Part shown: positions 18,324-28,043 of the stretch, in pieces | How the letters are laid out: every line of letters starts with the position of its first letter | Numbering within the stretch: position 1 is the stretch's first letter | Assembly: GCA_963934165.1 (NCBI GenBank) | Contig: CAWVXH010000004.1 | Coordinates: 19,812-83,811 of the forward strand | From: an uncultured Candidatus Poseidoniales archaeon | GTDB lineage: Archaea > Thermoplasmatota > Poseidoniia > Poseidoniales > Thalassarchaeaceae | Direction of reading: 5' to 3' | Length of the DNA stretch: 64,000 bases | The notes under the pieces: model-generated | What the model saw: only the letters and a program-made list of their open reading frames with translations | Told to the model about the DNA's origin: nothing | Databases searched by the model: none | Position numbers and translations under genes: made by a program

Positions 18324-21300
18324 ATGACAGATAAGAAAATAATTGCAATAATGATGACACTTGGAATGCTCGCGGCTGCGTTCGCTGGTTGCCTAGGTGG
18401 AGAAGATGATCCGGAACCAGTTCCGGAAGACGTAATGGGTTGTATGGACGCGACAGCGAACAATTACAACGCAGATGCGACAGCGGATGACGGTTCGTGC
18501 ACATATGATGCAACAACAACGACCCTGAAAGTCGGATTCATGAATCCGCTTACAGGACCAATCGCTGTTTTCGCACCGGCATTCACTGATTCAATGATGC
18601 TGGCAAAAGCAGATTTGAACGCAATGGCGCCTGCCGATGTAGTAATCGAGATAATTGAAGTTGACTCAGGTTGTGACGGTACAGTCGCAGCTGGCGCAAC
18701 TCAATCCTTGGTTGACGCTGGTGTGGTCGTAATCGCAGGAGCTGTATGCTCCGGCGGAACAATGGCTTCAATCCCTGTAGCACAAGCTGCTGGTGTTCCA
18801 ATGATTTCCTACGCAAGTACTTCGCCTGCAATTACTGGCCTCTCGGACGACGATTACCTCTTCCGAGTGGTTCCTTCTGACGGACAGCAAGTACAAGCCC
18901 TCTCTGCTGTAGCCAATGATAACGGTTTTTCCAACCCTGGTATTCTCTACATGACTAACGATTATGGTGCTGGACTCAAAGATGGTTTCGTAGCAAGTTT
19001 TGGTGATGTTTGCACAACAGTCGGATATGACCAAGATGCAACTGACTTCGCGGGATTAGTATCACAAATAGCTGACGGTGGTTGCGATTCAGTCGCACTA
19101 TTCTCATATGCTGTTGATGGTGCTGCAATTCTAGAGGAAATGTCTGCACAGGATTTAGACATTCCAGTATTTGGAGCAGAAGGTGTTTCACCTGACGAGT
19201 TATCTGATGTTTCAGCAATCGATGGTATGATAGTAACTCAGCCACGTTCTGGTGGTCAATCAGATGCTGCTGATGCTTTCGATGCAGCTTATGCTGCAGC
19301 AAATGGTGCAGATGGTGGAATTTACCATCATGAAACATATGATGCAGTAATGATTGCTGGTAAGGCAGCATTGGCAGCTCACGCAGCTGGCAGTGATGAC
19401 CTCCGCGCTCACGTCCGTGCAGTAGGTACAAACTACGTAGGGACTAGCGGAACACACACATTCGATGCAAATGGAGATGTCGCTGGTTCAGGATACTTAG
19501 TCTGTGAATTCACAGTTGATGCAGTCGCCGAACTTTATTGCTACGGGCAATGGATTCTAGGGGAAGGACTCTCAATGAACGCAGATGCTGGTGATGCACC
19601 AATTATGGATCAATACGAAGATGGTGAAATGACATACGCAGAAGCATGGACAGCTCTTGAAGGTGTTCGAGCATGCGTAGAAACTGGATCCAATAACCCA
19701 TGTGAGATTGTCTCGATGGGCTACGGAGATGCAGCAACTCTAGATCCACACGATGCATACGATAGTGCATCTGGTGACATTATCGAAAATGTATATGATA
19801 CATTGTACCGATATGAAGGAGATGGCGACGGAAACGCAATCATCGTCCCTCGTCTTGCAACTGGATACACAGTCAGTGATGACATGTTGACCTACACCTT
19901 CACTCTACGTGATGATGTACACTTCAGCAATGGTGACTCAATGACTGCACATGATGTTGTATATTCCTGGGAACGCGTAAATGAATACGGCGCACCTGAA
20001 TCACACGTTGCATGGATTACTCAGCAGAATTTCGATACTGATGGGCTAACATACATCGATGACACACACTTTTCAGTGACTCTATTCCAGCCATATGCTG
20101 GTTTCGTTTCGACAATCGCTTACACTGTAGGCGCTGTTGTCAACATGGATATGTGTGAAGCAAACCGTGTAGTTACCGCAGACGACCCAGCAACAACTGA
20201 TGCTGATGAGAGTTCTGATGATTGGTGCCACGGCTGGATGGACGAAGCTCCACTCGGTGCAGGTACTGGTGCATATATTCTAGACACATGGTCCCGTGAG
20301 GACAAGATTATCCTTACTCCAAACTGGATGCACTGGGACGCAGGTAACTTCAACATCAACAAGTTTACTGAAATGACAAACGTCGACGAATCGAACACTC
20401 GCTTGCTCGCATTCACTGACGGTGAAGCTGATTTCGGTGCTCTAAACTTCGAGGATTTACCTAACTTCTGCTACATCGATGCAAACGGAAACGGAATGTT
20501 CGATGCTGGTGAAGATGATGCCCTCGATGATAAGCCGAACATCGCAAGCAAAGATGGATACATTTGCACTTACAGAGAATCATTCACGATTACTCTAGCT
20601 GCTTTGAATCTTGATCCAAACGATGCTAATGAAGACCCTATCCTAAACTATGATACAGATGGAGATGGTGTAGATGACGCTAACGTTATGGCTAATCCAA
20701 ATGTCCGCACTGCAATTGCTTACGCGTTCGATTATGACACTGCTCGCAGAACTACATATGACAACAACTTGGCACCTGTGTACGGTCCAATTCCTAACGG
20801 ATTCCTATATGACGAATCTCAGTACGAAGTTTTCACATATGATTTGACATATGCTGAATCTCTTCTAGAAGATGCAGGATTTACCCGCCAGTACGATTGC
20901 GCTGAATTGGCTAACAACAACACCGTTGTTGTGCCTGTAGCTGACCGTGATGGAGATGAATGCCGCTTACCATCGATTCTACGAATCATGGCTAACGAAG
21001 GAAACGATTACCGTATCGCTATGGCTGCACAAATCGCACAATCATTAGGTTCGATTGGTGTTGCAACAGATGGTGATGCAAAGCCATGGGCTGAATATCT
21101 CGACATGTACTACACTGGAACATTCGAGATCAGGTTCAGTGGTTGGGCTCCTGATTATCTAGATCCAGATAATTACTGGTCCCCATTCGCTGCAAGCTCA
21201 GAGGATGTTTACGGTACTGGATACAACAATGCAGCATTAGATGATCTGCTTCAACAAGCAAAGGTCTCAACCGATGACGCAGAACGTCTCTCTCTTTATT

Positions 21301-21482
21301 CACAGGCGTTCGACCTATGGGTAGAGGATCCGAACATGATCATTATCGGTCAAGGAAATGGTATTGGTGCAAAGCACAATGATATCTGTTCAGCACCTTG
21401 GGCTGCTATCGGCTCAGCACACTGGTTCGACTATGATAAGCTACCAATGGTAGACGGCGCACTTGTTGGAAGCTGTTCTTGA
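18324..21482 (+). CDS. Lipoprotein fusing a type-1 periplasmic binding domain (LivJ/Leu-Ile-Val-binding-like) to a family-5 peptide/nickel binding domain (OppA/DppA-like)
   Basis: Lipobox AAFAGC, a GCMDATANNYNADATADDGSC module, then LKVGFMNPLTGPIAVFA...VIAGAVCSGG...YLFRVVPSD (PBP1). From about aa 455 it reads VSMGYGDAATLDPHDAYDSASGDIIENVYDTLY...WAPDYLDPDNYW (SBP family 5). Confidence 0.85.
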   Translation: MTDKKIIAIMMTLGMLAAAFAGCLGGEDDPEPVPEDVMGCMDATANNYNADATADDGSCTYDATTTTLKVGFMNPLTGPIAVFAPAFTDSMMLAKADLNAMAPADVVIEIIEVDSGCDGTVAAGATQSLVDAGVVVIAGAVCSGGTMASIPVAQAAGVPMISYASTSPAITGLSDDDYLFRVVPSDGQQVQALSAVANDNGFSNPGILYMTNDYGAGLKDGFVASFGDVCTTVGYDQDATDFAGLVSQIADGGCDSVALFSYAVDGAAILEEMSAQDLDIPVFGAEGVSPDELSDVSAIDGMIVTQPRSGGQSDAADAFDAAYAAANGADGGIYHHETYDAVMIAGKAALAAHAAGSDDLRAHVRAVGTNYVGTSGTHTFDANGDVAGSGYLVCEFTVDAVAELYCYGQWILGEGLSMNADAGDAPIMDQYEDGEMTYAEAWTALEGVRACVETGSNNPCEIVSMGYGDAATLDPHDAYDSASGDIIENVYDTLYRYEGDGDGNAIIVPRLATGYTVSDDMLTYTFTLRDDVHFSNGDSMTAHDVVYSWERVNEYGAPESHVAWITQQNFDTDGLTYIDDTHFSVTLFQPYAGFVSTIAYTVGAVVNMDMCEANRVVTADDPATTDADESSDDWCHGWMDEAPLGAGTGAYILDTWSREDKIILTPNWMHWDAGNFNINKFTEMTNVDESNTRLLAFTDGEADFGALNFEDLPNFCYIDANGNGMFDAGEDDALDDKPNIASKDGYICTYRESFTITLAALNLDPNDANEDPILNYDTDGDGVDDANVMANPNVRTAIAYAFDYDTARRTTYDNNLAPVYGPIPNGFLYDESQYEVFTYDLTYAESLLEDAGFTRQYDCAELANNNTVVVPVADRDGDECRLPSILRIMANEGNDYRIAMAAQIAQSLGSIGVATDGDAKPWAEYLDMYYTGTFEIRFSGWAPDYLDPDNYWSPFAASSEDVYGTGYNNAALDDLLQQAKVSTDDAERLSLYSQAFDLWVEDPNMIIIGQGNGIGAKHNDICSAPWAAIGSAHWFDYDKLPMVDGALVGSCS

Positions 21483-21514
21483 AAAATTTAGATAATTTCT
21501 GAATTACGTAAGGC

Positions 21515-21564
21515 CGGCGACCGTCGCAATTTGCGGCGGTCGTCGAGCTGTTTCATTTCTTTTT
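21515..21564 (+). terminator. Hairpin plus T-rich tract between the binding-protein gene and the permease genes
   Basis: CGACCGTCGC aattt GCGGCGGTCG forms a 10-bp stem with one G:U pair, followed by TGTTTCATTTCTTTTTA. Confidence 0.3.
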
Positions 21565-21669
21565 ATAGCACCCAGAATTTCAATGTGAATTTTTTTTATT
21601 AACATCGACATCAGCAATCCGATGAACTGATAACTCAAATGCCTTGCCAAAAAATGGAGTTGGTGTAAG

Positions 21670-22950
21670 GTGAAGTTACACGAGTTTATCGCTCGAAGAG
21701 TAATCTTACTAATCCCTGTAATGATGGGAGTTTCAATCCTCACGTTTTCATTGCTAAGCCTTGTCCCTGGCGACGCTGCTGCATCTGCTTGTGGAGATAA
21801 ATGTGGTGTAATTGTAGATATTGGCTGGTATGAAGTCGAAAATGAAACCACAGGAGAACTTGAAATTGTGAATGTGTCCATATCTGCTGTTGAATCAAAT
21901 AGAATGAGGATGGGGACAGAGGAGAATATCGTTGAGAAATACATGAAGTACATCGGAGTAGATGGACCTTATCTGGGGAATGAATATTTAATATTACAAT
22001 CCAATAATGAATTGAAACCTGTTCATGAAGTGGGAGATATCATTGAAAGGACGGGGCTCGTTGACGGATATTGGGGCGATTCAACATTATATCATCGCCC
22101 GGTAGCAGAAGTGGTCAAAGATGTCGCACCTGTGACCCTTGAGATGTCTTTTCTTGCTCTAGCAATTGCATATCCACTCGGTATTTCCCTAGGGATCTTG
22201 AGTGCGGTTTGGCAGGATAAAATTTTTGACCAACTATCCCGGTTGATGGCAATTGCCTTTGTTAGCTTACCGATATTTTGGTTGGCAATTTTATTTCAGA
22301 AATTATTTGCTACAAAAATTGGAATTTGTGATGATTTATTTGGAACCTCTGGAGGATGTTTCCCAATATTTGGACGCCACGACCCAAGTTTGGCATTTCC
22401 CTCGACTGGCTATGTAAATTATTATCCGTCAGAAGGAACAGGTTTCCATTTAATCGATAGTTGGTTTGTTTCTAGTGAAACTTTAGGTGGATTAGGATCT
22501 GATTATGACACCAGATGGAAATTATTTAAAGATACATTAATGCATCTGATGTTACCTTGTTTGACTCTAGGTATCGCAAGTGCAGGTAGTTTGTTACGGT
22601 ACATGAGATCGAGTCTTCTCGAAGTGTTACGAGAAGATTATGTTCGTACCGCGAGAGCAAAGGGGCTATCTGGTTCGAGAGTAATTTTAGTTCATGCTTG
22701 CCGTAACGCTCTTGTTCCAATTGTAACTTTACTCGGTTTCTCTATCGGTGCAGCCATCGGTGGAGCGGTATTAACCGAAACGATATTTGCATTTACTGGT
22801 ATGGGGAGAGTTGCTATTGAGGCAATTCAATATGATGACCAAATAGTGGTGATGGGAATTACCTTGATTACTTCTATTATTTTCCTTCTAGCAAATTTAA
22901 TAGTTGATATTTCTTATGCGATCGTTGATCCAAGGGTGAGACTAGAATGA
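21670..22950 (+). CDS. oppB: Opp/Dpp-type ABC transporter permease (OppB-like) with large extracytoplasmic loop
   Basis: ARRVILLIPVMMGVSILTF start region, YVRTARAKGL signature, and ANLIVDISYAIVDPRV at the C-terminus. Confidence 0.9.
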   Translation: MKLHEFIARRVILLIPVMMGVSILTFSLLSLVPGDAAASACGDKCGVIVDIGWYEVENETTGELEIVNVSISAVESNRMRMGTEENIVEKYMKYIGVDGPYLGNEYLILQSNNELKPVHEVGDIIERTGLVDGYWGDSTLYHRPVAEVVKDVAPVTLEMSFLALAIAYPLGISLGILSAVWQDKIFDQLSRLMAIAFVSLPIFWLAILFQKLFATKIGICDDLFGTSGGCFPIFGRHDPSLAFPSTGYVNYYPSEGTGFHLIDSWFVSSETLGGLGSDYDTRWKLFKDTLMHLMLPCLTLGIASAGSLLRYMRSSLLEVLREDYVRTARAKGLSGSRVILVHACRNALVPIVTLLGFSIGAAIGGAVLTETIFAFTGMGRVAIEAIQYDDQIVVMGITLITSIIFLLANLIVDISYAIVDPRVRLE

Positions 22951-24965
22951 TGTTAGATTATCTTTCTTCATTATCCCTATATGTGTTTCTGTCGTTCATA
23001 TTTGCTATTGTTTTCGGCGCCACAATGAAGCCACGTGATACTGGAATTGCAGGCATTATTTCTATTCTATTTATTCCTATTTCTGATGTTTTCCTTGTTT
23101 TCAGCATTTGTACAATTATACTGAGTGGAATTAAATATTGCCTGTCCTATTTTGGATATTCATGGAATGAACAATATGCAAAGGGTAGAGATGATCGTAA
23201 GGAAAGTATCCGTTTAATCGTTGAAGGATTTGAACAGAAGAAATCAGATATGCGGAGAAGCATTCTGATTTTCACTAGATCTACATTAGCAGTTGTTGGG
23301 GTATTATTAGTCATTACAGTCTCAATGTTGGCTGTTTTTGCTGAAGATATCGCTGTTGAACACCCAACTAGGGATTTACAGGACACAGAAGATGTATGGA
23401 GAATCGATTACGAACCACGGGCAGCTGAACCAGGTTCAGATGAATGCAGGGAACGTGAACAAAGAGTCTCTCTCACTGAATTGAGAAGATATGATACGAA
23501 TATTACTCCGGCTGTATCGGCGGATAAAATCGACCCAGATACAAAGTCATTCTATACTGACCCAGTTGATGTCTTAAACATTATAAAAATTGTGGATACA
23601 AAAGGATACAATAATTCGAATGGCCTAAATTTTTCTGAGCACGTAACAATTTTCACCGATGAAAATGGAACCGACTTTCTTTTGGTTTCAGAAGAATTAT
23701 TTGATATTCGTCAAATAACAACAATTTATGTCACCTATGAATTTGATAATAGTGAGATGGAAGTTTGGTGGATGCCGGAATCACATAATATCTGTATCCT
23801 CGGGACAAATTTTGAAGGTCACGATTTGTTCTCAAAAATTCTTTATGGGGCGAGAATTTCACTTAAAATAGGAATCACAGTTGCTTTCATGACAGTAACG
23901 CTCGGGACCATTATCGGCAGTATCAGTGGCTATTACGGCGGGCGTGTCGATGAATTTATCATGAGAATGACAGATGTGTTCTTTGCAGTTCCAGGACTTA
24001 TCTTAGCAATGGCATTTGTTGCAGTTTTAACCGCAATCCCTAGACTCGCTCTACCAATGGAATTTGCAGTGCTAATCCCATTAATATTCTTAATTTTTCA
24101 ATTCCAATCAAAAATTGATGAGTTAACGTCTGGTGAAGTTAGGGCACAATCCAATGAAGATAATTCATTATCACAACTGTTGAATGTAGTCGGAATCATG
24201 TCATTTGTTCTTGGATCTTTATACTTATTTTGGTCGTTTTGGCCTCAAATACCATTTGAGAATTCGTTAGAAGGTGCTACAAATGATGATGTTAATATGA
24301 GAACATTATTAATTTGTTCCACTTTCATCTTGGGTGTCATTGGAATATTATCTGTGACGATGGAACGTAGAGGGGTCAATCCCAAATCCGCTCTAAGTGG
24401 TCTATTTAATTCATTTTCATTTAATAATCCAGTTTCATATATCACGATGCGGACTATGTTATCTGCTCTAGCAATTTTCATTCTCATCAAATCTCTCTTC
24501 ACAATTGAACCTAAATGGATAATTATTCAGGACTTCGATAGACTCTGGAAAATCCAGGTTGCATTAATTTTCACAGGTTGGCCGGGGTATGCTCGCTTAA
24601 TTAGAGGTCAAGTACTCTATATCAGAGAAATGACTTTCGTTGAAGCTGCAAAAAGTGTTGGAGCCCCGTCATCTAGAATTATGTTTAGACACATTCTTCC
24701 CAATGCTTGGGCCCCCCTTCTAGTTGCATTTACACTAGATATAGGCGGAACCATACTCTCAGCAGCAGGTCTGTCGTTCATTGGTCTGGGGGCAGAGATG
24801 CATTCTGCTGAGTGGGGGAGAATGGTCTCAGATGGTAGGAAATGGTTCCTTAATGAGTGGTGGTTAGTTACTTTCCCTGGACTGGCAATCGCATTCACAA
24901 CTTTAGGGTTCAATCTACTAGGTGACGGACTAAGAGATGTTGTGGATCCAAGGAATAGGAGGTGA
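22947..24965 (+). CDS. oppC: Opp/Dpp-type ABC transporter permease (OppC-like), about double the usual size because of extra hydrophobic segments
   Basis: ILGTNFEGHDLFSKILYGARISL, GWPGYARLIRGQVL..FVEAAKSVGA, and GLNLLGDGLRDVVDPR. ATGA overlap with oppB. Confidence 0.85.
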   Translation: MMLDYLSSLSLYVFLSFIFAIVFGATMKPRDTGIAGIISILFIPISDVFLVFSICTIILSGIKYCLSYFGYSWNEQYAKGRDDRKESIRLIVEGFEQKKSDMRRSILIFTRSTLAVVGVLLVITVSMLAVFAEDIAVEHPTRDLQDTEDVWRIDYEPRAAEPGSDECREREQRVSLTELRRYDTNITPAVSADKIDPDTKSFYTDPVDVLNIIKIVDTKGYNNSNGLNFSEHVTIFTDENGTDFLLVSEELFDIRQITTIYVTYEFDNSEMEVWWMPESHNICILGTNFEGHDLFSKILYGARISLKIGITVAFMTVTLGTIIGSISGYYGGRVDEFIMRMTDVFFAVPGLILAMAFVAVLTAIPRLALPMEFAVLIPLIFLIFQFQSKIDELTSGEVRAQSNEDNSLSQLLNVVGIMSFVLGSLYLFWSFWPQIPFENSLEGATNDDVNMRTLLICSTFILGVIGILSVTMERRGVNPKSALSGLFNSFSFNNPVSYITMRTMLSALAIFILIKSLFTIEPKWIIIQDFDRLWKIQVALIFTGWPGYARLIRGQVLYIREMTFVEAAKSVGAPSSRIMFRHILPNAWAPLLVAFTLDIGGTILSAAGLSFIGLGAEMHSAEWGRMVSDGRKWFLNEWWLVTFPGLAIAFTTLGFNLLGDGLRDVVDPRNRR

Positions 24966-26631
24966 TTTGTTGAGTGACGAAGTATTACTAGATGTCAAAG
25001 GACTTAGAGTCCATTTTGATACTCTCACGGGACCTATCGAGGCGCTACATAATATCGATCTCAAGGTGATGAAAGGTGAGATTCGTGGTGTGGTGGGTGA
25101 ATCAGGATGTGGGAAATCAGTAACTTCTCTTACCGCAATAGGTCTGGCAACTTGTAAAGTTGATGAGGGTGAAATTTTGTATGATGGATACGATACTGTT
25201 TATCGTAGACAAGATAGGGAAAGATGGTTAATTCGACTTTCTACAATTATTTCTTACGTGGGAGCATTACTTATTATTTTCAACGTATTGAGAATTATTT
25301 TCGATACATCGGCCGTTTATGGTATCCTGCAAGGAGCTGCCATGATGCTCTTCGGTACCTTTGTTGGTTCAATCGGTAATTTATCGATGTATCGACATGA
25401 AAAGGAAATGAGGCGGATTCGAGGTAATGAAATTAGTATGATATTCCAAGAACCGATGACTGCATTGAATCCATTATATACAGTTGAAAAACAAATTTCT
25501 GAAGTAATGAAGGAACATAACCATCTTGTAGATAGAGAAACCTCGTATGTGAATAGAATAATTCGGGCATTATTGACTCCATCCACAACAATAATCTCAA
25601 AAACAAAGGAAAATCCAATTTCAACTTTAATTCCATTTGCAGTTTTATCCTTATATTTCTTGGTAATATCTAAGGGTGCATCAGATTCGTTTGAATCAAT
25701 CTCATGGTACTCCTTGCCACTCATTGTACTAATTGGCATTTTCATCGATGTAAGGGATAATCATTCGAAAAATTGGAATTCGAATGATACAATAAATTCT
25801 CTTAAGGCAGGATTATTTATTCTGCCGAATGCCTTTGCCTTTGCTCTCATCCTATACATGATGTTCTGGATGCCAATCGCTGCAATCATGGTAATTTTAA
25901 TTGGAACGTTTATCACGGCAATTACTGTAATGGTTCTGTCTGATTTACTAAAACTAGATTCGGCCCATTCCCGTCAAGTGGTCCAAATTATTGAAGATGT
26001 TCAAATTCCGAATCCCGGAACTGTAGCTACAATGTACCCCCATGAATTATCTGGGGGAATGAGACAAAGAGTGATGATCGCTATGATGATGTCTTGTGAA
26101 CCGAATCTGTTGATTGCGGATGAACCTACAACTGCTTTGGATGTTACAATACAAGCACAAATTCTCAAACTAATGCGAGAAATGAGAGATAGGAAGGGTA
26201 CATCGATCATGTTGATTACGCACGATTTGGGAGTAATTGCAGAGATGTGTGATACAGTTTCTGTGATGTATGCTGGAACTATTGTCGAATCAGGCTCTCT
26301 CGAAGATATTCTGACAAATCCAAGAATGCCGTATACAATCGGATTACTGCATAGTATCCCTCGTATCATCAAAGAATCCGAAGGTGATAGAAAAGACAGC
26401 CTACCAATAATTCCAGGCCAAGTCCCTAGTCCTAACGAGCACTTTGATGGCTGTAGATTCCATCCACGATGCCCATTTGCCGATGAAATTTGCATCTCAA
26501 CAAAACCTGAAAATGTAATGATTAAATCTGGTCATTTTGCAGCTTGTCACCATGTTGATAAAACCAAAAATATTCTTGAGGTTGAATCTGCCTTTGAGAA
26601 TCTTGCGAGTAAATTGATGGAGGTGAACTAA
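24937..26631 (+). CDS. oppD: Opp/Dpp-type ABC transporter ATPase (OppD-like) carrying two hydrophobic insertions
   Basis: Walker A GESGCGKS, Q-loop ISMIFQEPMTALNP, signature LSGGMRQRV, Walker B LLIADEPTTALD, and a C-terminal oligopeptide-type domain (CRFHPRCP). The likely true start is TTG at 24967/24970, just after AGGAGG (24956-24961). Confidence 0.85.
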   Translation: MLWIQGIGGDLLSDEVLLDVKGLRVHFDTLTGPIEALHNIDLKVMKGEIRGVVGESGCGKSVTSLTAIGLATCKVDEGEILYDGYDTVYRRQDRERWLIRLSTIISYVGALLIIFNVLRIIFDTSAVYGILQGAAMMLFGTFVGSIGNLSMYRHEKEMRRIRGNEISMIFQEPMTALNPLYTVEKQISEVMKEHNHLVDRETSYVNRIIRALLTPSTTIISKTKENPISTLIPFAVLSLYFLVISKGASDSFESISWYSLPLIVLIGIFIDVRDNHSKNWNSNDTINSLKAGLFILPNAFAFALILYMMFWMPIAAIMVILIGTFITAITVMVLSDLLKLDSAHSRQVVQIIEDVQIPNPGTVATMYPHELSGGMRQRVMIAMMMSCEPNLLIADEPTTALDVTIQAQILKLMREMRDRKGTSIMLITHDLGVIAEMCDTVSVMYAGTIVESGSLEDILTNPRMPYTIGLLHSIPRIIKESEGDRKDSLPIIPGQVPSPNEHFDGCRFHPRCPFADEICISTKPENVMIKSGHFAACHHVDKTKNILEVESAFENLASKLMEVN

Positions 26632-27627
26632 TTGTCTGAACCTCCTCTGATAGAAATGAAAAATATTAAAAAATGGTTCCCGATAAAAGCCGGAATGCTT
26701 TCAGCTGTAAAATCACATGTCCGCGCAGTAGATGGAGTCAATTTATCTGTAATGGAGGGAGAAACTCTTGGCATCGTAGGGGAGTCTGGCTGTGGGAAAA
26801 CTACACTTGGCCGTGTTTTATTGGGTTTGACTCCGATTACTGAGGGGTCAGTCGAATATAATGGGGTCGACATCAGAATGATGAAAAATCGTGAACTTCG
26901 GAAAAAGATGCAAATTGTCTTCCAAGACCCAGGTGGATCGATGAATCCACGAATGTCTGTAAGGTCAATCGTCGGAGAACCGTTAATCATCAATGGAATG
27001 GCAGATGGGGCTGAACTGACAAAAACTATTGGTGAATTATTAGAATCAGTCGGGTTAAGCAAAAATTTGATGACTCGTTTCCCTCATGAATTTTCAGGTG
27101 GCCAGAAGCAGCGAATTGCCATAGCACGCGCACTGGCTCTAAATCCTGAATTTATTCTCTTAGACGAGCCGACAAGCGCGCTCGACGTATCTGTCCAAGC
27201 ACAGGTGTTGAATCTGTTAGAAGATATTCAGGGAGAAAAAGGCTTGACATTTGTATTCATTACTCATTCTCTTAACGTGGTTCATCATATTTCTGATAGA
27301 GTAGCTGTGATGTATCTCGGAAAGATAGTTGAATTATCTGATACCGTAGGATTGTTTGAAAACCCAGCCCACCCATACACTCACGCACTTCTTTCTGCAA
27401 TCCCTGAAATTTCCATTGAGGACTCTGATGAAAGAATAATTCTTTCAGGAGATGTTCCAAGTCCAGCGAATCCACCCCCTGGCTGTGTATTCCACACAAG
27501 ATGCCCGATAGCAAAAGAAGGAGTTTGTGATGTTGAAGTCCCTGAATTATCATCGATTTCTAGTGGACATTTAGTTGCATGCCATTTCCCAGTTGAACCA
27601 GGGAAATCACTTCCAATTGTCAATTAA
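26632..27627 (+). CDS. oppF: Opp/Dpp-type ABC transporter ATPase (OppF-like)
   Basis: GESGCGKTT, MQIVFQDPGGSMNP, FSGGQKQRIAIARAL, ILLDEPTSALD and CVFHTRCP. Confidence 0.9.
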   Translation: MSEPPLIEMKNIKKWFPIKAGMLSAVKSHVRAVDGVNLSVMEGETLGIVGESGCGKTTLGRVLLGLTPITEGSVEYNGVDIRMMKNRELRKKMQIVFQDPGGSMNPRMSVRSIVGEPLIINGMADGAELTKTIGELLESVGLSKNLMTRFPHEFSGGQKQRIAIARALALNPEFILLDEPTSALDVSVQAQVLNLLEDIQGEKGLTFVFITHSLNVVHHISDRVAVMYLGKIVELSDTVGLFENPAHPYTHALLSAIPEISIEDSDERIILSGDVPSPANPPPGCVFHTRCPIAKEGVCDVEVPELSSISSGHLVACHFPVEPGKSLPIVN

Positions 27628-27667
27628 GTTGGGAAGAAATCAAGACTAAGCTCATTTTCGTGAGTTC

Positions 27668-28009
27668 ATGAAGGATGGACACGAAGATGATTTGTTCATC
27701 GATAATCGAAAGGACTCAGAGTCAGCATTTTGGAGAATTAAAAATGCGGCTGACGCACAGAGGGATGAGCGTGTCCATCGAATTCTAGCGCAAGAAGGTG
27801 AGAGCATCTGGCTAACTCTAGGCCGACCTCTCTACATATCAATCTGCATTTTATTTGATTTTCTAATATTGTCTGAAATCATTTTTCTGTTCGAAAACTA
27901 TTATGTCGGCCTAATTTTATTCGCACTAATTTTAGGATTTGTTATGACCGTTCAAAAAAGGTTCTACGATGACAAATTCAAATTGGATTCGGGACTGAAT
28001 GATAAATAA
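27668..28009 (+). CDS. Hypothetical small membrane protein
   Basis: 113-aa ORF with a charged N-terminal half followed by two hydrophobic segments. Confidence 0.4.
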   Translation: MKDGHEDDLFIDNRKDSESAFWRIKNAADAQRDERVHRILAQEGESIWLTLGRPLYISICILFDFLILSEIIFLFENYYVGLILFALILGFVMTVQKRFYDDKFKLDSGLNDK

Positions 28010-28043
28010 AAAAAATCATACATCGTTTTATTGAGGAGTTATT

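Noticed and set aside
18583-20416. Several antisense ORFs (60-150 aa) inside the binding-protein gene, some His/Gln/Leu-rich
   Set aside because: These are shadow ORFs of a long, codon-biased, Asp/Ala-rich gene. Their compositions are low-complexity mirror images of it, and they have no start context.
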